Notes under the pieces: model-generated
The model's input: the letters and a program-made list of their open reading frames with translations, nothing else
Databases searched by the model: none
Told to the model about the DNA's origin: nothing
In this document: positions 1 to 11,858 of the stretch, piece by piece
Layout: each line of letters starts with the position of its first letter
How positions within the stretch are numbered: the stretch's first letter is position 1
DNA from: Lama glama
Lineage: Eukaryota
DNA: 64,000 nucleotides
Reading direction: 5' to 3'
NCBI GenBank assembly: GCA_028534125.1
Contig: CM052826.1
Coordinates: 13,454,001-13,518,000 of the forward strand
Program-made: the position numbers and the translations under genes

Positions 1-459
1 TCTAGTGACCATAATCAGGCCAGGGATCGTGTGCTGGGAGGCAGATACGCAGCACTGAGGGAGACACAGGGCTTGCGAGGGGCCTCTGACAGAGAGGAAA
101 AGCTCTTGGCACGGCTGTGTCCACAGCTGGGACTGGTGCTGGTGACTGAAGCACAGGGTAACTTGCTTTTTTAGGTTTTGCTTCTCTTTGTACACATACA
201 TTTGCAAAAATGTACAGCCTTGAAGAAGTAAAGCTGTAGCGTGTGAATGCCTGTCATAACATATGCACTGTTAGCATCACAGGCCTGGGGTGTGACAGCC
301 AGACTGTCTCCTCATTCACGGGTTTCCGCGTGACCTTGGTTTCTCACAGTTACGACGTAGTCATGTGTGTGTCCCGTAAACACAGCATCTCCTGCTGTCA
401 GTGTTACTGTAGGATATGCTTTCAGAACAGGAATCTGAAGACCAAAGGAAAAGTGCTGC

Positions 460-634
460 GGGGAGGGTAGAGCTCAAGTGGTAGAGCACATGCTTAGCAT
501 GCACGAGGTCCTGGGTTCGATCCCTAGTACCTCCTCTAAAAATAAATAAACCTAACGACCTCCTCCCAAAAAACTAAAACTTAAAAAATAATACAATAAT
601 AAATAAAAATACTTCTAAAATATTTTTTTAAAAA
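460..634 (+). mobile_element. tRNA-derived SINE (camelid Vic-1-like)
   Basis: A-box AGCTCAAGTGG, B-box GGTTCGATCC, A-rich tail; decayed TSD caaaggaaaagtgct (443-457) / caaaggatatgtgct (635-649). Confidence 0.88.
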
Positions 635-750
635 CAAAGGATATGTGCTTTTTCAGTGTTAATCAGCATTTCAAAGCTCCCTCCAAAAAAGGCCACACCA
701 ATGCATACCCTATAAAGATATATGAGAAAAGGCTGGGGTGTTCCCGTTGT

Positions 751-907
751 AATTTTTTTAATTGCAGTATCGTTGATGTGTAATATTATGTAAGTTACAG
801 GCGTCTAATGTAGTGATTCACAATTTTTAAAGGTTAAACTCCATTTATAGGTATTATAAAATGTTAGCTATATTCCCTGTGTTGTACAATATATCCGTGT
901 GGCTTAC
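751..907 (-). mobile_element. LINE-1 3' end fragment
   Basis: AT-rich, starts with a T-run, resembles the reverse complement of an L1 3' UTR (recall). Confidence 0.6.
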
Positions 908-1754
908 CTTTGTAATTTAAGAGCTTTCATTGGAGAACAGTAAGTTCCAGGGTTTTTTACTGTGTTTTTTAAACTCTCCAGCAGCTGGTTGGGTACCTGG
1001 TTTGTGATGGGCTCCCAGATGCTTGCTGTTGGATAAATAAAAGAACAGGAGAAAGACTGCCACGTGCCCCTCAGCAGCCCAGGGTCACACATGCACACGC
1101 AGGTACATACTTGCCCTCGCATGAACCCACACTCCCATGTGCACGCGCACACACACACACACAGACATGCATGTGCCTACGTACACCCCTTCATTCAGCC
1201 ACATGTTCCAGCCTGAACCACTCCCGCCCCTCATTGTAATAAGGAAGCTGTAACGTAATAAGGAAGTTCCTCTCCAGCCCCAGGAGTCAGAGTGTGATGA
1301 GGGACCTCTAGGGAGGGACGAGGTCCTCTTTGTCCCTCTTGGGCCACTCCTGAGCCCTGGCCGGGACCATGGGCCCTCAGGGAGGAGCTCCTGGGTAAAC
1401 CTGAGACAATCACAGAGTGTCTGTGCTGTGGAGGACCATGGAGGGCCCAGCAGAGAGAAAATTAATGAAGAGGGACTTGGAAGATGTCAGGAAAGCCCCT
1501 GAGTGCCACGGGTCAGAGTCTAGGCTTTAACTGTGGATGCAGGGACTGGTTGAAGTCTTTAACCAACAGACCAGCTCAATCAACACAGCATTTGAAGGTA
1601 GCTGGGTGTGCGCGATGGAGCAGAGGGGAAGGGTTTCCTCACAGGTCACCAAGGGCAGGACAGGGCTTCCAGGAATGGTGTTAAGGAGGGGTGGGGGGCA
1701 GGTGGTGGGTTGATCGTGGAGGGAGAATCAATAGGATTTGAAAATAGACGGACT

Positions 1755-1844
1755 AATATATGTATTTACATGTATGACTGAAATAGTATGCTGTACACCA
1801 GAGATTGACACCTTGTAACTAACTATACTTCAATAAATAAAAAA
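1755..1844 (+). mobile_element. Heavily 5'-truncated LINE-1 3' tip
   Basis: Ends ...ctatacttcAATAAAtaaaaaa; flanked by imperfect TSD gaaaatagacggact / gaaaacagagggatt. Confidence 0.7.
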
Positions 1845-3408
1845 GAAAACAGAGGGATTGAAGGAGGAGGCCGTCCACTATTACTCTGGTTAGGAATGGT
1901 TAGGAGGGTGTGGGCCTTATTTATAAGGGTCAGGCAGTGCAGGTTATCTGTGCCCAGGAGTGCCCAGCATTTACATCCGGTGCTTCTCGGAGGCCAAGTG
2001 AGGTCAGTAGAGAATTGGGTCTGTGAGCTGGAAGGTTAGCAACCAATAAAGGGGCACTTTTCCTTCCGTTATTTCAAAAAGAGCCCCATATAACCCCGTG
2101 GGACTGAGTAGGTTGCAAGGCTTCCTTTGGGTGAGTTGAGGATCCCTGCGTGTGAGGTGAGGGTCCCTTATCTCCTCATAGGAAATTCCTGCAAGGATCT
2201 CTCGAGCTCCCAGTTTTCACTTGTGAATTTTTGACAGAGAAGGTTAGTCTGTTACATAGGAAACAAGAAAGGGACAAGTGATTAATATGGATATGAAAGG
2301 ATTAAATTCAAATTTTAGTTGAACACTTAAGTCACTTAGGAGCTGTAGTTAGTATTGAGAGCCTGTTTCCATGGAAACAGTTTAAACCTTGTTTTTCTAG
2401 AAAGTCAGAACTAAATGGATATCATATACCATAACCTCCTTGCCTGTTCCCTGCCTTCCATCCCCTCAGGAACTGCCCCCTAGCCTTCGTTTCTCTGGAG
2501 CCGTAAATATTTCTTCCATCCCCGAGGAAGCAAACAGAGCACAGATCCTGCGAGACCGCCCTCCTCTGACCTGAGCCTCACTCTGTAACCCCTGCAGCAG
2601 CCTCTTCACGCCCTGCCTGCTTCTCACGCTGCCCTGGAACTAGCCAGTCAGGTCCTGCCCCACTGTACCCTGCGGCTGCTTTTGCAGAAGTTAACAGCGC
2701 TCCCCTGATGACCAAGCCCATGCTTTCACCCTTCTGTGACTACTTCTGGTTTCTCCTCACCCTACCTGGTAATTCTCTTCCTGTCTCCTCCCTTGCCTGT
2801 CCTTTAAATGTTGGTTTTCCAGCCCTGGGGGGGGCGTGGCTTCTTCTCGTAGGTGTGGCTGATGTACAGGTGGACACTTACAGATTTCCCAACACACATT
2901 TCATGCCGATGACTCATGTATACTGGTCTCCCACCCCAACTGGTCAGCTCAGCCCCAGCTCCCAGGAAGCAGCTGCTTCTTAGCCACCCAGACGTCTGTG
3001 CTTAGCTGGGTCAGGGGCCAGGCTGACCCGTCTTTCCACCTGCCCGCCTGCTGCTCTGTGTGCTGCACCTGGGAGAAAGTGGTGCCTTCCAAGGCGAGTG
3101 TGGGGGTCACCCAGCCTCTTCCTTTCTCTCACGCACGCCCACACCCCCGGGCCATGGATTCCGGGGCCTCTCTCTTTGACTACCCCAAAGCTGACCTGTA
3201 TCTCCTTGTATGGCGGCAGCTCCCCCGGCTGCCTCCCAGGCCCATTCAGCCCGGTGTGACAGCTTTTTCAAGTTGCAAAGCCAATTGTTTTGTTTCTCTG
3301 CTTGAAATCTCCCCGTTCATTTTTTCTGGCCCCTCTGGGTCAGGCTTTTCCTCTCTGACTCTAAAGCAACAAACCACACACAACAGACACAAACGGACAC
3401 AACGGACT

Positions 3409-3935
3409 TGTTACTGAATCGAACTCAGGTCCACTCGCCCGATACGCAGTAGTCACTCCAATGACACCAGGTTGCGGTGAAGGAAAGTGCAGGCTCCAGG
3501 CAAGGGAGTGGAAGACCAGCCTCAGATCCACTCCACTTTGGTCTTGGAGTGAGGAGTTCTTTTAAGGGAAGGAGCAAAGAGGCTGGAATTAATCATCGTG
3601 TTGTGGCATTTCTTAATAGCAGTTTCGAGAGTCAGGATGTCTCTGGTTCTTGATTCTCTGGCCGGGTCGTCCACGGCTTGGGGGGTCTGTGAGCTCATCT
3701 TGCCCTGGAGAAACAACCTGGGTTTGTACATTAATGACAACATCTAAATAGCAATTTTAGTACGTTAACAACGTGATCAACAATTGCAATCCTACTCATC
3801 TGAGTGGTTGGTTAATGTTCAGTGAGCACAGGATTGAGGTCAGAGGGGACAAGAAAGGGGATAAACTTTTGGATAGAGGGATCGATTGTAAACTCAGTGA
3901 CAGAAATCAGTTTCTGTCGGGGGGACTCAGTCTCA
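3409..3935 (-). mobile_element. Solo LTR, ERV1-like
   Basis: TG...CA termini, 527 bp, 4-bp flanks GACT/GACG, TATA-like CTTAAAAG on - at ~3559-3566. Confidence 0.65.
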
Positions 3936-4155
3936 GACGCCCATTAGCACAGCTTTGCCTGACACCAGGCTGCCGGCACCTTTCTTTGTACCCCTGCCTG
4001 TGCTAGTGTGAGCATCTGGAACGCACCTCCTCACAGTGTCTGTTACCAGATAAAACAAAGACTTTCTTTCAGACGCGGTGCGGCTGCTAATGTTCTGCCG
4101 TGGCTGTTTCCGCTCTGACAGCAGACACTGATTCGGTCTCCTCTCTCTTGTCCAG

Positions 4156-4273
4156 TGTTGAGCATTCGTGGCATTCAGGAGGAGGGCCCCCCCGACGATC
4201 AGCTCATGAGGCTGGATAGCATGCTGCTGGCCGAGGGCGTGTGCAGGCTGGGGAAGCGAGGAAGAGGAGCAGC
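4156..4273 (+). CDS. PBX4: PBX4 PBC-domain exon (human exon 3 equivalent), 3' part lost in N-gap
   Basis: Acceptor ctctctcttgtccag|; encodes [41 protein letters not shown]-family sequence; runs into Ns at 4274. Earlier exons lie outside the window. Confidence 0.9.
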
Positions 4274-4469
4274 NNNNNNNNNNNNNNNNNNNNNNNNNNN
4301 NNNNNNNNNNNNNNNNNNNNNNNNNNNNNNNNNNNNNNNNNNNNNNNNNNNNNNNNNNNNNNNNNNNNNNNNNNNNNNNNNNNNNNNNNNNNNNNNNNNN
4401 NNNNNNNNNNNNNNNNNNNNNNNNNNNNNNNNNNNNNNNNNNNNNNNNNNNNNNNNNNNNNNNNNNNNN
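4274..4469. other. Assembly gap (196 N)
   Basis: Run of n. Confidence 1.
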
Positions 4470-4679
4470 ACTAAACCGCCTTCCTTTTGTGGCACAGACC
4501 GGGCAGTCCACACACCTGGTCTCACAGCAAAGGTGGCCAATTTTACTGGAAGCCCTTTGCCTTCACTTCTCAGTAGCCAGCCTGTGTGGGAGCCGCGGGT
4601 GGCGGGGAGCTGGTCCCACACAGAGCCCTGGGCCAGCCTGCTGTGTAGTCACTGGCTGGTGTGTGTGTCCCCACCCCAG

Positions 4680-4870
4680 GCCTGCCAGGAGTTCACCACG
4701 CATGTCACCAACCTTCTCCGGGAGCAGAGCAGGATCAGGCCCGTCTTGCCCAAGGAGATCGAGCGCATGGTCGGGGTCATCCATGGCAAGTTCAGCAGCA
4801 TCCAGATGCAGCTGAAGCAGAGCACCTGCGAGGCCGTGATGACCCTGCGCTCCAGGCTCCTGGATGCCAG
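4680..4870 (+). CDS. PBX4: PBX4 exon, PBC-B domain
   Basis: ccccag|GCC...GCCAG|gtcagg, 191 bp; [63 protein letters not shown]. Confidence 0.95.
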
Positions 4871-5120
4871 GTCAGGCCCCACCCCACCCACGACCGCAGG
4901 GTGGCTCTTAGGAAGAGGAACCAAGTCATTGCTGACCTGGGTTTACGGTCAGGGGGCCTCCAAGCCTGTCCAGGGGCTCTGGCCGCAGCTGCAGGTGTAG
5001 CCCCTCACACAGCCTTGGGGGATGGCTGAAGCGCTGACTGCTGCTGTTACCACCTCTGGGGGTCAGGGATGCTGCTGGCAGCCCAGTGTCTGAACACCGG
5101 CTGAGGCTCTGTCTTTGCAG

Positions 5121-5256
5121 GCGTAAGCGGCAGAATTTCAGCAAGCAAGCCACGGAAGTGCTGAATGAGTATTTTTACTCCCATTTGAGCAATCCTTACC
5201 CCAGCGAAGAAGCAAAAGAGGAGCTGGCCAGGAAGGGTGGCATCACGGTCTCCCAG
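5121..5256 (+). CDS. PBX4: PBX4 exon, TALE homeodomain N-terminal part
   Basis: tttgcag|...TCCCAG|gtgaca, 136 bp; [45 protein letters not shown] with the TALE PYP loop. Confidence 0.97.
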
Positions 5257-5760
5257 GTGACAGTCCTTTCCTGCCCCGCCTCCCTGAACATGGAAGGGAA
5301 GGAGGGTTCAGCCCAGTGAGGAGGACACTCAGGGAAAGTTCATAAAATGTGTGGAGCTGGAGCCCGGTGTCCAGGCTTGGAGTCGCCTGGCTGTGCCCAG
5401 ATCCTGGGTCTGTTCTATGAATGTGGGTCTCAGACAGGAAGCCACGCCCACCAGGTGAAGGGACTCCCAGAAGCTATGAGCGTGGACTGTGAGGTCCCTG
5501 AGGTGACACCACCGAGTGTGGCATCTGGTACTCAGCGAATTGTGGTCGTTAGGATTTCCTATCATTCTTGCATCTGAGGGTGTGCTGTGTTGCATAAGAG
5601 GGATCAGGTATAAACTTGGGAGAAGGAAAAAAACTTGGAGCAAAATCAGGACTTAAAGTGATAGACCAGCTTTCGCGCTTAAGTACCAATTCAGTTCTAC
5701 TGGGGTAAGTTCAGGCATGTGCATCACCTGCTTGTTACTCAGCTAGTCTCCCTAGAGACC

Positions 5761-7090
5761 AGAGGGAATGGCCAGTGGCTCGGAGCTACAGCTGGCGGAG
5801 AGGCCATCCCACTCCTCACGAGGTGCCCGTGCTGGGACATGCAGGGCAGGCGACATCTGGCTCCAGTTGGGGAATGGTGGTGCAGATTGGAGAAGGAACC
5901 CGGACAACCTTGGACAGCCTCGGGCAACCTTGGTCGTCTGGATTGTCTCCCTTCTCACTGGAACTGGGGTGAGGGATGCAGAGCTAAGGCAAGAGTCCAG
6001 GAAACCTTTCATAAGGTTTTAAAGTGAGAATGGTAAGCTCAGGCAGCCCGCAAGTGAGAGGCAGGACCAGGCAACACCCACAGGGCAGCGGGAACGGGCA
6101 GAATGGGGGCCAGGTGTGCAGCACCCCCTCTGGTGGCAGGCAGGGCTGGAGCATGCGCTGGCTCACTGAGTGTCACCACCCACCTGGAGGCAGCCACCTC
6201 CTCCTGCCGTGCAGTTGGAGGGGCTGAGTTTCCAGCCCTGTCCGACTGCCTCCAGAGCCTGTACCCTCAGCCACCACCCTCTGCCCAGTCTGTGCCAAGT
6301 CCAGCAGTGACCTGGGGACAAGGGCACTCGGGAGCCCCGCAGGGTCATGCAGACAGCAGAGCCTCACAGGTGTCCCAGTAACATCGGACCTCACTCACCG
6401 CAGGACTGCAGTGGTGACCTCAGCACCTTGGCCGGAGCTGCAGGGAGGGCTGCACCTCTGGGGCTTCAAGAGCTGAAGGGAGCTTGTTCCCACCACGAGC
6501 AGTTGTCTGAAAATGGCCAGATTCACTTCAGGGCCTGCCGCCTCCCGAGAGCAGATGGGTCCTTTGTCTAGACTTCATCTGAGGAGGGGGCTCATTGCAG
6601 ACAAAAGTTTGGAAAGCACCAGCCACACATTGCAGGGGCTCCCACACACCAGAGACCTCCACCCACAACCCACAGCAGCAGAATTCTGTGCTCAGATCCC
6701 CTCCCCACTTTGGTGGGTCTGCCAGCACAAAATAGCTGACAGTCAGCGGAGAGAGGGCCCTGAATTCAGGGTGGGATGTCGTGCAGGTTGTGACGTTCAC
6801 CTGAGAAGGTAGTGGGGAGGGAGAGCACTGTGAAGGCAGAGGGTGCTGCAGATGGGGCCACAGACGTTTTCAGGACAGAATCAGCGCAGCTCCAGGCTGA
6901 GGAGGCCTGAGGGGGAAAAGGGCAGGAGAGCTGAGCCCAAGCACGCCGCGATGGGAGCAAACTCAGATGTCTTCAGCTGGCTCAGCCAAAGGGGCCAGAG
7001 GGACCGGAGAGGGAGTGGCCAGTGGCTCAGAGCTACAGCTGGTGGAGAGGCCATCCCAGTCCTGTATGAGGTGCCGGTGCTGGGACACGC
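5761..7090 (+). repeat. Dispersed direct repeat, ~83 bp, copies at 5761-5842 and 7008-7090
   Basis: Manual alignment: about 8 mismatches and 1 gap. Confidence 0.9.
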
Positions 7091-8422
7091 CCCATGGAGA
7101 GGGCAGACCTGGCCAGAACCACCTCCCCCGTGGCCACCCTCCCTCACCCACATGGGAAGTTTGTTCTTGGTTCCTCTCAAACCCCAGTTGAATTCAACTT
7201 GGAACGCTGCTCGCTGCCATTCTTCTGCAAACTTAGTTCCACGAAGACTTGTCAGCACGTTCCTCAGAGACAAGTGGGAGCCAAGTGCTTACCTGGCTTG
7301 GTTAAGGAAGGTTGGCCCTCACACCCGGGGCGGGAGGGAAGGGACGCCGAGGCGTGAAGCAGGGAGCGCACACCGGGGCTTTTCCTTTTCGTGGTTGACA
7401 CTGAGAGGATTATGGCGGGACGTTAAAGAAACACATTTTTAAAGGAGAAAAGGTCATCGACAGTCCTGTGGCTGTAACTCAGCTGTTTACTTCTGTTTAT
7501 TAAAATGCACACTCATCTCACCGCAGGGCCAAGTGCCTGACTTTGAGAGGCTGCACATCTGCATGCTCACAGGAGGGCACTACCCAGGGTCTCACCCAAC
7601 CGATTCTGCCCCCAGGGAACGCTTGCCTTGTCACGATTCTTGGGGGACTGGCATCTGGTGGGTGGAAGCCAGGGATGCTGCTCTGCACCCTCAGCAAGGA
7701 GCCCCCCAGCAGCCCCACCCGGAGAGTGACCCACAGGGAGAAGCCCCGCGCTGGAGGTCTCGGTGCAGGTGTGGAGTCAGAGCAGGGCTCGGACCCGCTT
7801 GGCTCTGGGCCAGCTCCTTGCTCACTGGATGGGGGGCTGTGTGTCCCTGCAGCCGCCTCCCAGCTGGCTTTGAGGACCAAACACAGGTGCTCAGTTCAGT
7901 GCTCAGTGCCTTCCCCTGCCCTGTCAGATGGTCCTTGTCCTTTGATAAGTCTTGGATTCAACTGTATCCTTTGCTTAAGCTGAATTCCCAGAAATGGGGT
8001 TACTGATGTGTGTCTCTCGGGCACTTACTTTGCCTAAGGAGGAATCCAGAATTCAGTCTGTTCCTGTCCCTGCAGTGAGCACACACTCATCTATCCGAGC
8101 GTGTCCCCCACACGCCTGTATTTCCTCCAGCTCCTCCCTGGGCCCAGGTTCCAGCAGCATCTGGTTCTCAGGCAGTGTGTCTCCTCCAGCTCCTACAAGC
8201 CACACCAGCTCCAGGGTGTCCCTAACCCACTGCAAATATTTCTCTGAGCCCACGATTCCATCAGCGCGCCACCTTCTCAGTCCCGTCCTCTCACCCGACC
8301 CCAGGGCCACACAGTCTCACTCAGCAGTGTTCCCCCGGGCGGTGGAAGCCTTAAGTGCATCCACATCGTGTCTCATCACTAGGTCAGCTCGTCCAGTGAC
8401 TTCTGTCTCTGTGTGTCCATAG

Positions 8423-8579
8423 GTCTCCAACTGGTTTGGCAACAAAAGAATCCGATATAAAAAGAACATGGGGAAGTTTCAAGAAGAGGCTACCATTTAC
8501 ACAGCTAAGACGGCAGTGGACAGCCCCGAAGTCAGGGGCCCGGGGAGCCAGGCCAGCTGCCCCTCGATGCCCAGCTCCA
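8423..8579 (+). CDS. PBX4: PBX4 exon, homeodomain helix 3
   Basis: ccatag|GTCTCC...CTCCA|gtaagt, 157 bp; [26 protein letters not shown]; absent from the ORF track in this frame. Confidence 0.96.
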
Positions 8580-8588
8580 GTAAGTGAG

Positions 8589-8634
8589 GTCACTCAGCCC
8601 AGCAACAGTCACTCAGCCCAGCAACAGTCGCTCA
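8589..8634 (+). repeat. 19-bp tandem repeat, ~2.4 copies
   Basis: gtcactcagcccagcaaca twice, then gtcgctca. Confidence 0.9.
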
Positions 8635-8964
8635 CGCGCAGCCAGGCCCACTGAGCTGCATTTGGGGAAGCAGGGAGGGGGCCCCACTTCCAGGCAGGTC
8701 ACTGCCTACGCCTCTTTCCTCTGTTTATGCTGTGGGGTTCCTGTTCCCACGGGTGATTATCCTGATCACGTCCCTGCGGGCTCTGCAGGTGCTGTGGGGA
8801 CAGAAACTTCAATACCAAGGCGAAGGGAAAGGCCTGCAGGAGGGGTGGGGGACCATGGGCGTCACATTCCTGGCCCCTTCCTGGCTGGGGGGCTGGCAGA
8901 GCCCCCCTGAGGAGTTGCTGCGGCCCCCAGGGCAATTTGTCCTGATCTCTCCCATCCCTTCCAG

Positions 8965-9071
8965 GTGCCTCTGGTCCCTTTCCACTGACCAGCTCCAGGG
9001 GCGCACTTACCGCCCTGCAGACACTGGCCTCTCTCCGGCCCGCCCCTGGGGGAGGCGGCCTTCTGTCCCAG
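8965..9071 (+). CDS. PBX4: PBX4 penultimate exon
   Basis: cttccag|...TCCCAG|gtgagt, 107 bp, phase-consistent; SASGPFPLTSSRGALTALQTLASLRPAPGGGGLLSQ. Confidence 0.88.
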
Positions 9072-10142
9072 GTGAGTCTCGGGCACAATCCCAAGGACAC
9101 CTGTGGGGTCCCCGCCTCAGTGACAGGGCACACTTGGGGCCCACCCAGGAGGGTGGTCGGTCCTTGAAACTGGCCATCTGAGCTGCATCTCAGTCTTCCT
9201 AGGCTCCCCTGAAGGTCCTGGCAACAAGGTGAGCCCATGGGGCACTCAGTCCATCTTGGGGATGAATGCAGGCTGGTGGGGTCCCCTCAGGGAGCACTGC
9301 TCTGTGGGGCCCGCTCGGCAAGGACCCCGTGCCTTCACCCCTCAGGACGCGATAACTTGAGGCAGCCTCTGAGGTTTTTGCCTTTTGGGAAGGAGCCCTC
9401 CCTCCCCAAGGGTGTGTGTACCGCTCAGGGGAGGCCAGGGGTGGGCAGACGAGGCCCTGACTGTCTGAAGGTGCAGCCCCATTGGGCTCAGACCCTACTC
9501 CATGTTCATGCTGTGGCCTAAGGAAGAGCAGAGCTCTCAAGGTCACACAGAGGGTGTGGTGCCCAGGCGCCTGTGAGCAGCCAGCTCAGGAGCTGCCCCT
9601 GGAGTGTGAGCTGGGAAGGGGAACAGCCCTGCTCTCAGGGGCTGCAAGCAGGACTCGCCTTGGAGCAGTCGGCCCGAGAAGAGCTATTGTCAGTGGTGGT
9701 TTCCATGGGCAGTGGGTTGGGGGTTCCTGTGGACAAACATCTCAGGGTCACATGTGCCAAATACGTCCCTGCAACTGCAGGCGGAGCCCCCATGCCCGGC
9801 GGCCCTGGTCCTGCCCTCCTGACCACCCAGCCAGACCCGCGTCCTGCCGGGTTCCTGAGCCTCTTCCCACTCACCAAGTCTCACCACGATGTTTTGGGGA
9901 CCATCGTCAGCTCCAGGCCCTGTGTGTGCCACGTCAGTCCTTTGCCAGATCCCTGCCTGCAGAGGCCAGTGTCCTGCCAAGGAAGCACGGCCATGTGCAA
10001 GGCCAGCTGTGACCCAGGACCGACCCCTTGGTCCTTCCCCCGTCTCCTGGCCCCTCGTGCTGCTCTCAGCATGTTCTAAGCCTTCTCGGGGATGGGTCGT
10101 CAGTGTCCTGGACCTCCTCTGACTCTGTTTCTGTCTTTTCAG

Positions 10143-10229
10143 GCCAGGGGCGGCTGGCAGGGGAAGCGAAGGTCGACCACTTCACTTGTTGGAGACGCCG
10201 GCAGTGTCACCTCAGATGCATCTAATTAA
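10143..10229 (+). CDS. PBX4: PBX4 last coding exon
   Basis: ctgtcttttcag|GCC; ARGGWQGKRRSTTSLVGDAGSVTSDASN*, TAA at 10227-10229. Confidence 0.85.
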   Translation, partial: ARGGWQGKRRSTTSLVGDAGSVTSDASN

Positions 10230-10493
10230 ATGTTGGGACAAGCAGAAAAGGGGACGGTGTGACCTGCCGTGGTTCTCTGTCCTTCATGCTACCTCAGAAA
10301 ACCCAGGACTGACTCCAGACGGTGCTCCCGGGCCAGTGGCAGGCGACAATGATGCCATCTTCTGCTTGTCAGCTGGGATTTGAAATGGGCGGAGACACTG
10401 CTCCTTCTCCTAACTCCATTTGGCTTTTTTTAATACTAATTTTATGGTTAAGACTATGAGTTGTTTCCTCTAGGACTTGGCACAAATTCTGCC

Positions 10494-10813
10494 ATTAAAT
10501 TTTGGACTGATTTTAAGTTTGATGTCATTCACACCTGGATTTGTTCCTGGTGACAGCTGACCGCCAGGCGCAGGGCCTCAGCAGCACAACTGTAAGAGTT
10601 GAGATTTTGTTGGCTCACTTGTCCCTTCCTGCGCCTCCCCACCCAGACGCTGCCTTCCCACACTCCCTCTGTTGTGTCATTTCACAAGGTTGTGACCTGA
10701 GTCTGTGCTAAGCTCAGAATTCTACTGGGAATTGGTTTGCACCCCTCCCCTCCTTTTTTTCTGTTAATACAAGTTCTACCATTTTCAGCTGAAATGTCAT
10801 TAAAGAGAATAAA
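10494..10813 (+). terminator. PBX4 candidate polyadenylation signals
   Basis: ATTAAA at 10494-10499 and AATAAA at 10808-10813 downstream of the stop. Confidence 0.55.
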
Positions 10814-11714
10814 CTTCGCAAGACCTTTCCTGCACCTGTACTCTTGAAGTCCTGCTGGCTCGAGGCTCGGCTCTCAGTGTCCCTCTCTGTCCCCTCACCC
10901 AGTTCCTCCTCTGCTTCAGCCTTCAGGTTGGACCTCCCCTTGTGAGGAATGAAGACGGTAGAGCTGGGCTGCTGGGAGAATTGAATAAGCCTGGGCTCAG
11001 GGCGGCTCGGGGCCTGTCAGCGTCACCATGGCCCTAACCCCACACTGCCAGCTGCCACCCTGACCAGCATCAGAGCTTCTGCCCAGAGCGTTTGGTCTCT
11101 GGACACAGAGTAATCCGACTCCGTGTGCCTCCACACCAGCTCACCCCCAGATCCCGGCCAGCTGAATCATCCCCGTTCTCCCAGTTCTTGGCCTCAAGGC
11201 CTCCCAGGCCTGAGAGATCCCTCCATCCTGCCTCCAACCCCTGCGCGTGCCACCACCGTGGCGCTGATAGTGTGAGGGTTGCGGAGGGGAAACGAGGCAC
11301 AGGAGTGAGGGTCTGCCAGGTCACAGCCATGCAGCATGGCAGGAGACTGGCCTGCACCCAGAAAGGCTGAGTGTGGTCGTCTCCTGGGATCAGAGGAGCT
11401 CGGCCCCGCTGCTGGGTCCCTGGACTCCGGGCCATGCGGCTCCCATCTGCCTCTGGGCAGCAGCTGGCTGCTCTCACCTGGCCTGTTACCGCACTGTCCT
11501 CCGTTTCTGTGGCTTTTAAGAGCCACTGGAGGGGAGATGGACTGTGTGTACTGGAGATGATGGTGCTGGGGCGGTCCCAAGGGAAACAGACAAAGCAGCA
11601 ACTCGTGGGTCCCAGGTGTCCCAAGAGCCTCCTGCTCACTTGCGCCCTTGGCATGAATGCAGCTCCTGGTCCACTTGGCCTCCAGCTTCTAGCTGTTTCT
11701 CTTGGAGGATTTTC

Positions 11715-11858
11715 GGTTTGGTTTGATTTGGTTTGGTTTGGTTGGGGGTATGGGTAATTAGGTTTATGTATTTATTTTTAGAGGAGGTACTGGGGATTGA
11801 ACCTAGGACCTTGTGCATGCTAAGCATGCTCTCTAGCACTTGAGCTATACCCTCCCCC
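11715..11858 (-). mobile_element. tRNA-derived SINE (Vic-1-like) with (CCAAA)n tail
   Basis: Reverse-complement match to the copy at 460. Confidence 0.88.

Noticed and set aside
460-540. tRNA-like sequences here and at ~11790, ~12930, ~32680 and ~60440
   Set aside because: Dispersed, mutually diverged copies with A-rich tails and TSDs; these are SINEs, not tRNA genes
4155-5000. 281-aa ORF and other X-containing ORFs
   Set aside because: Artefacts of translating through the N-gap and intron; only the PBX4 exon parts are real
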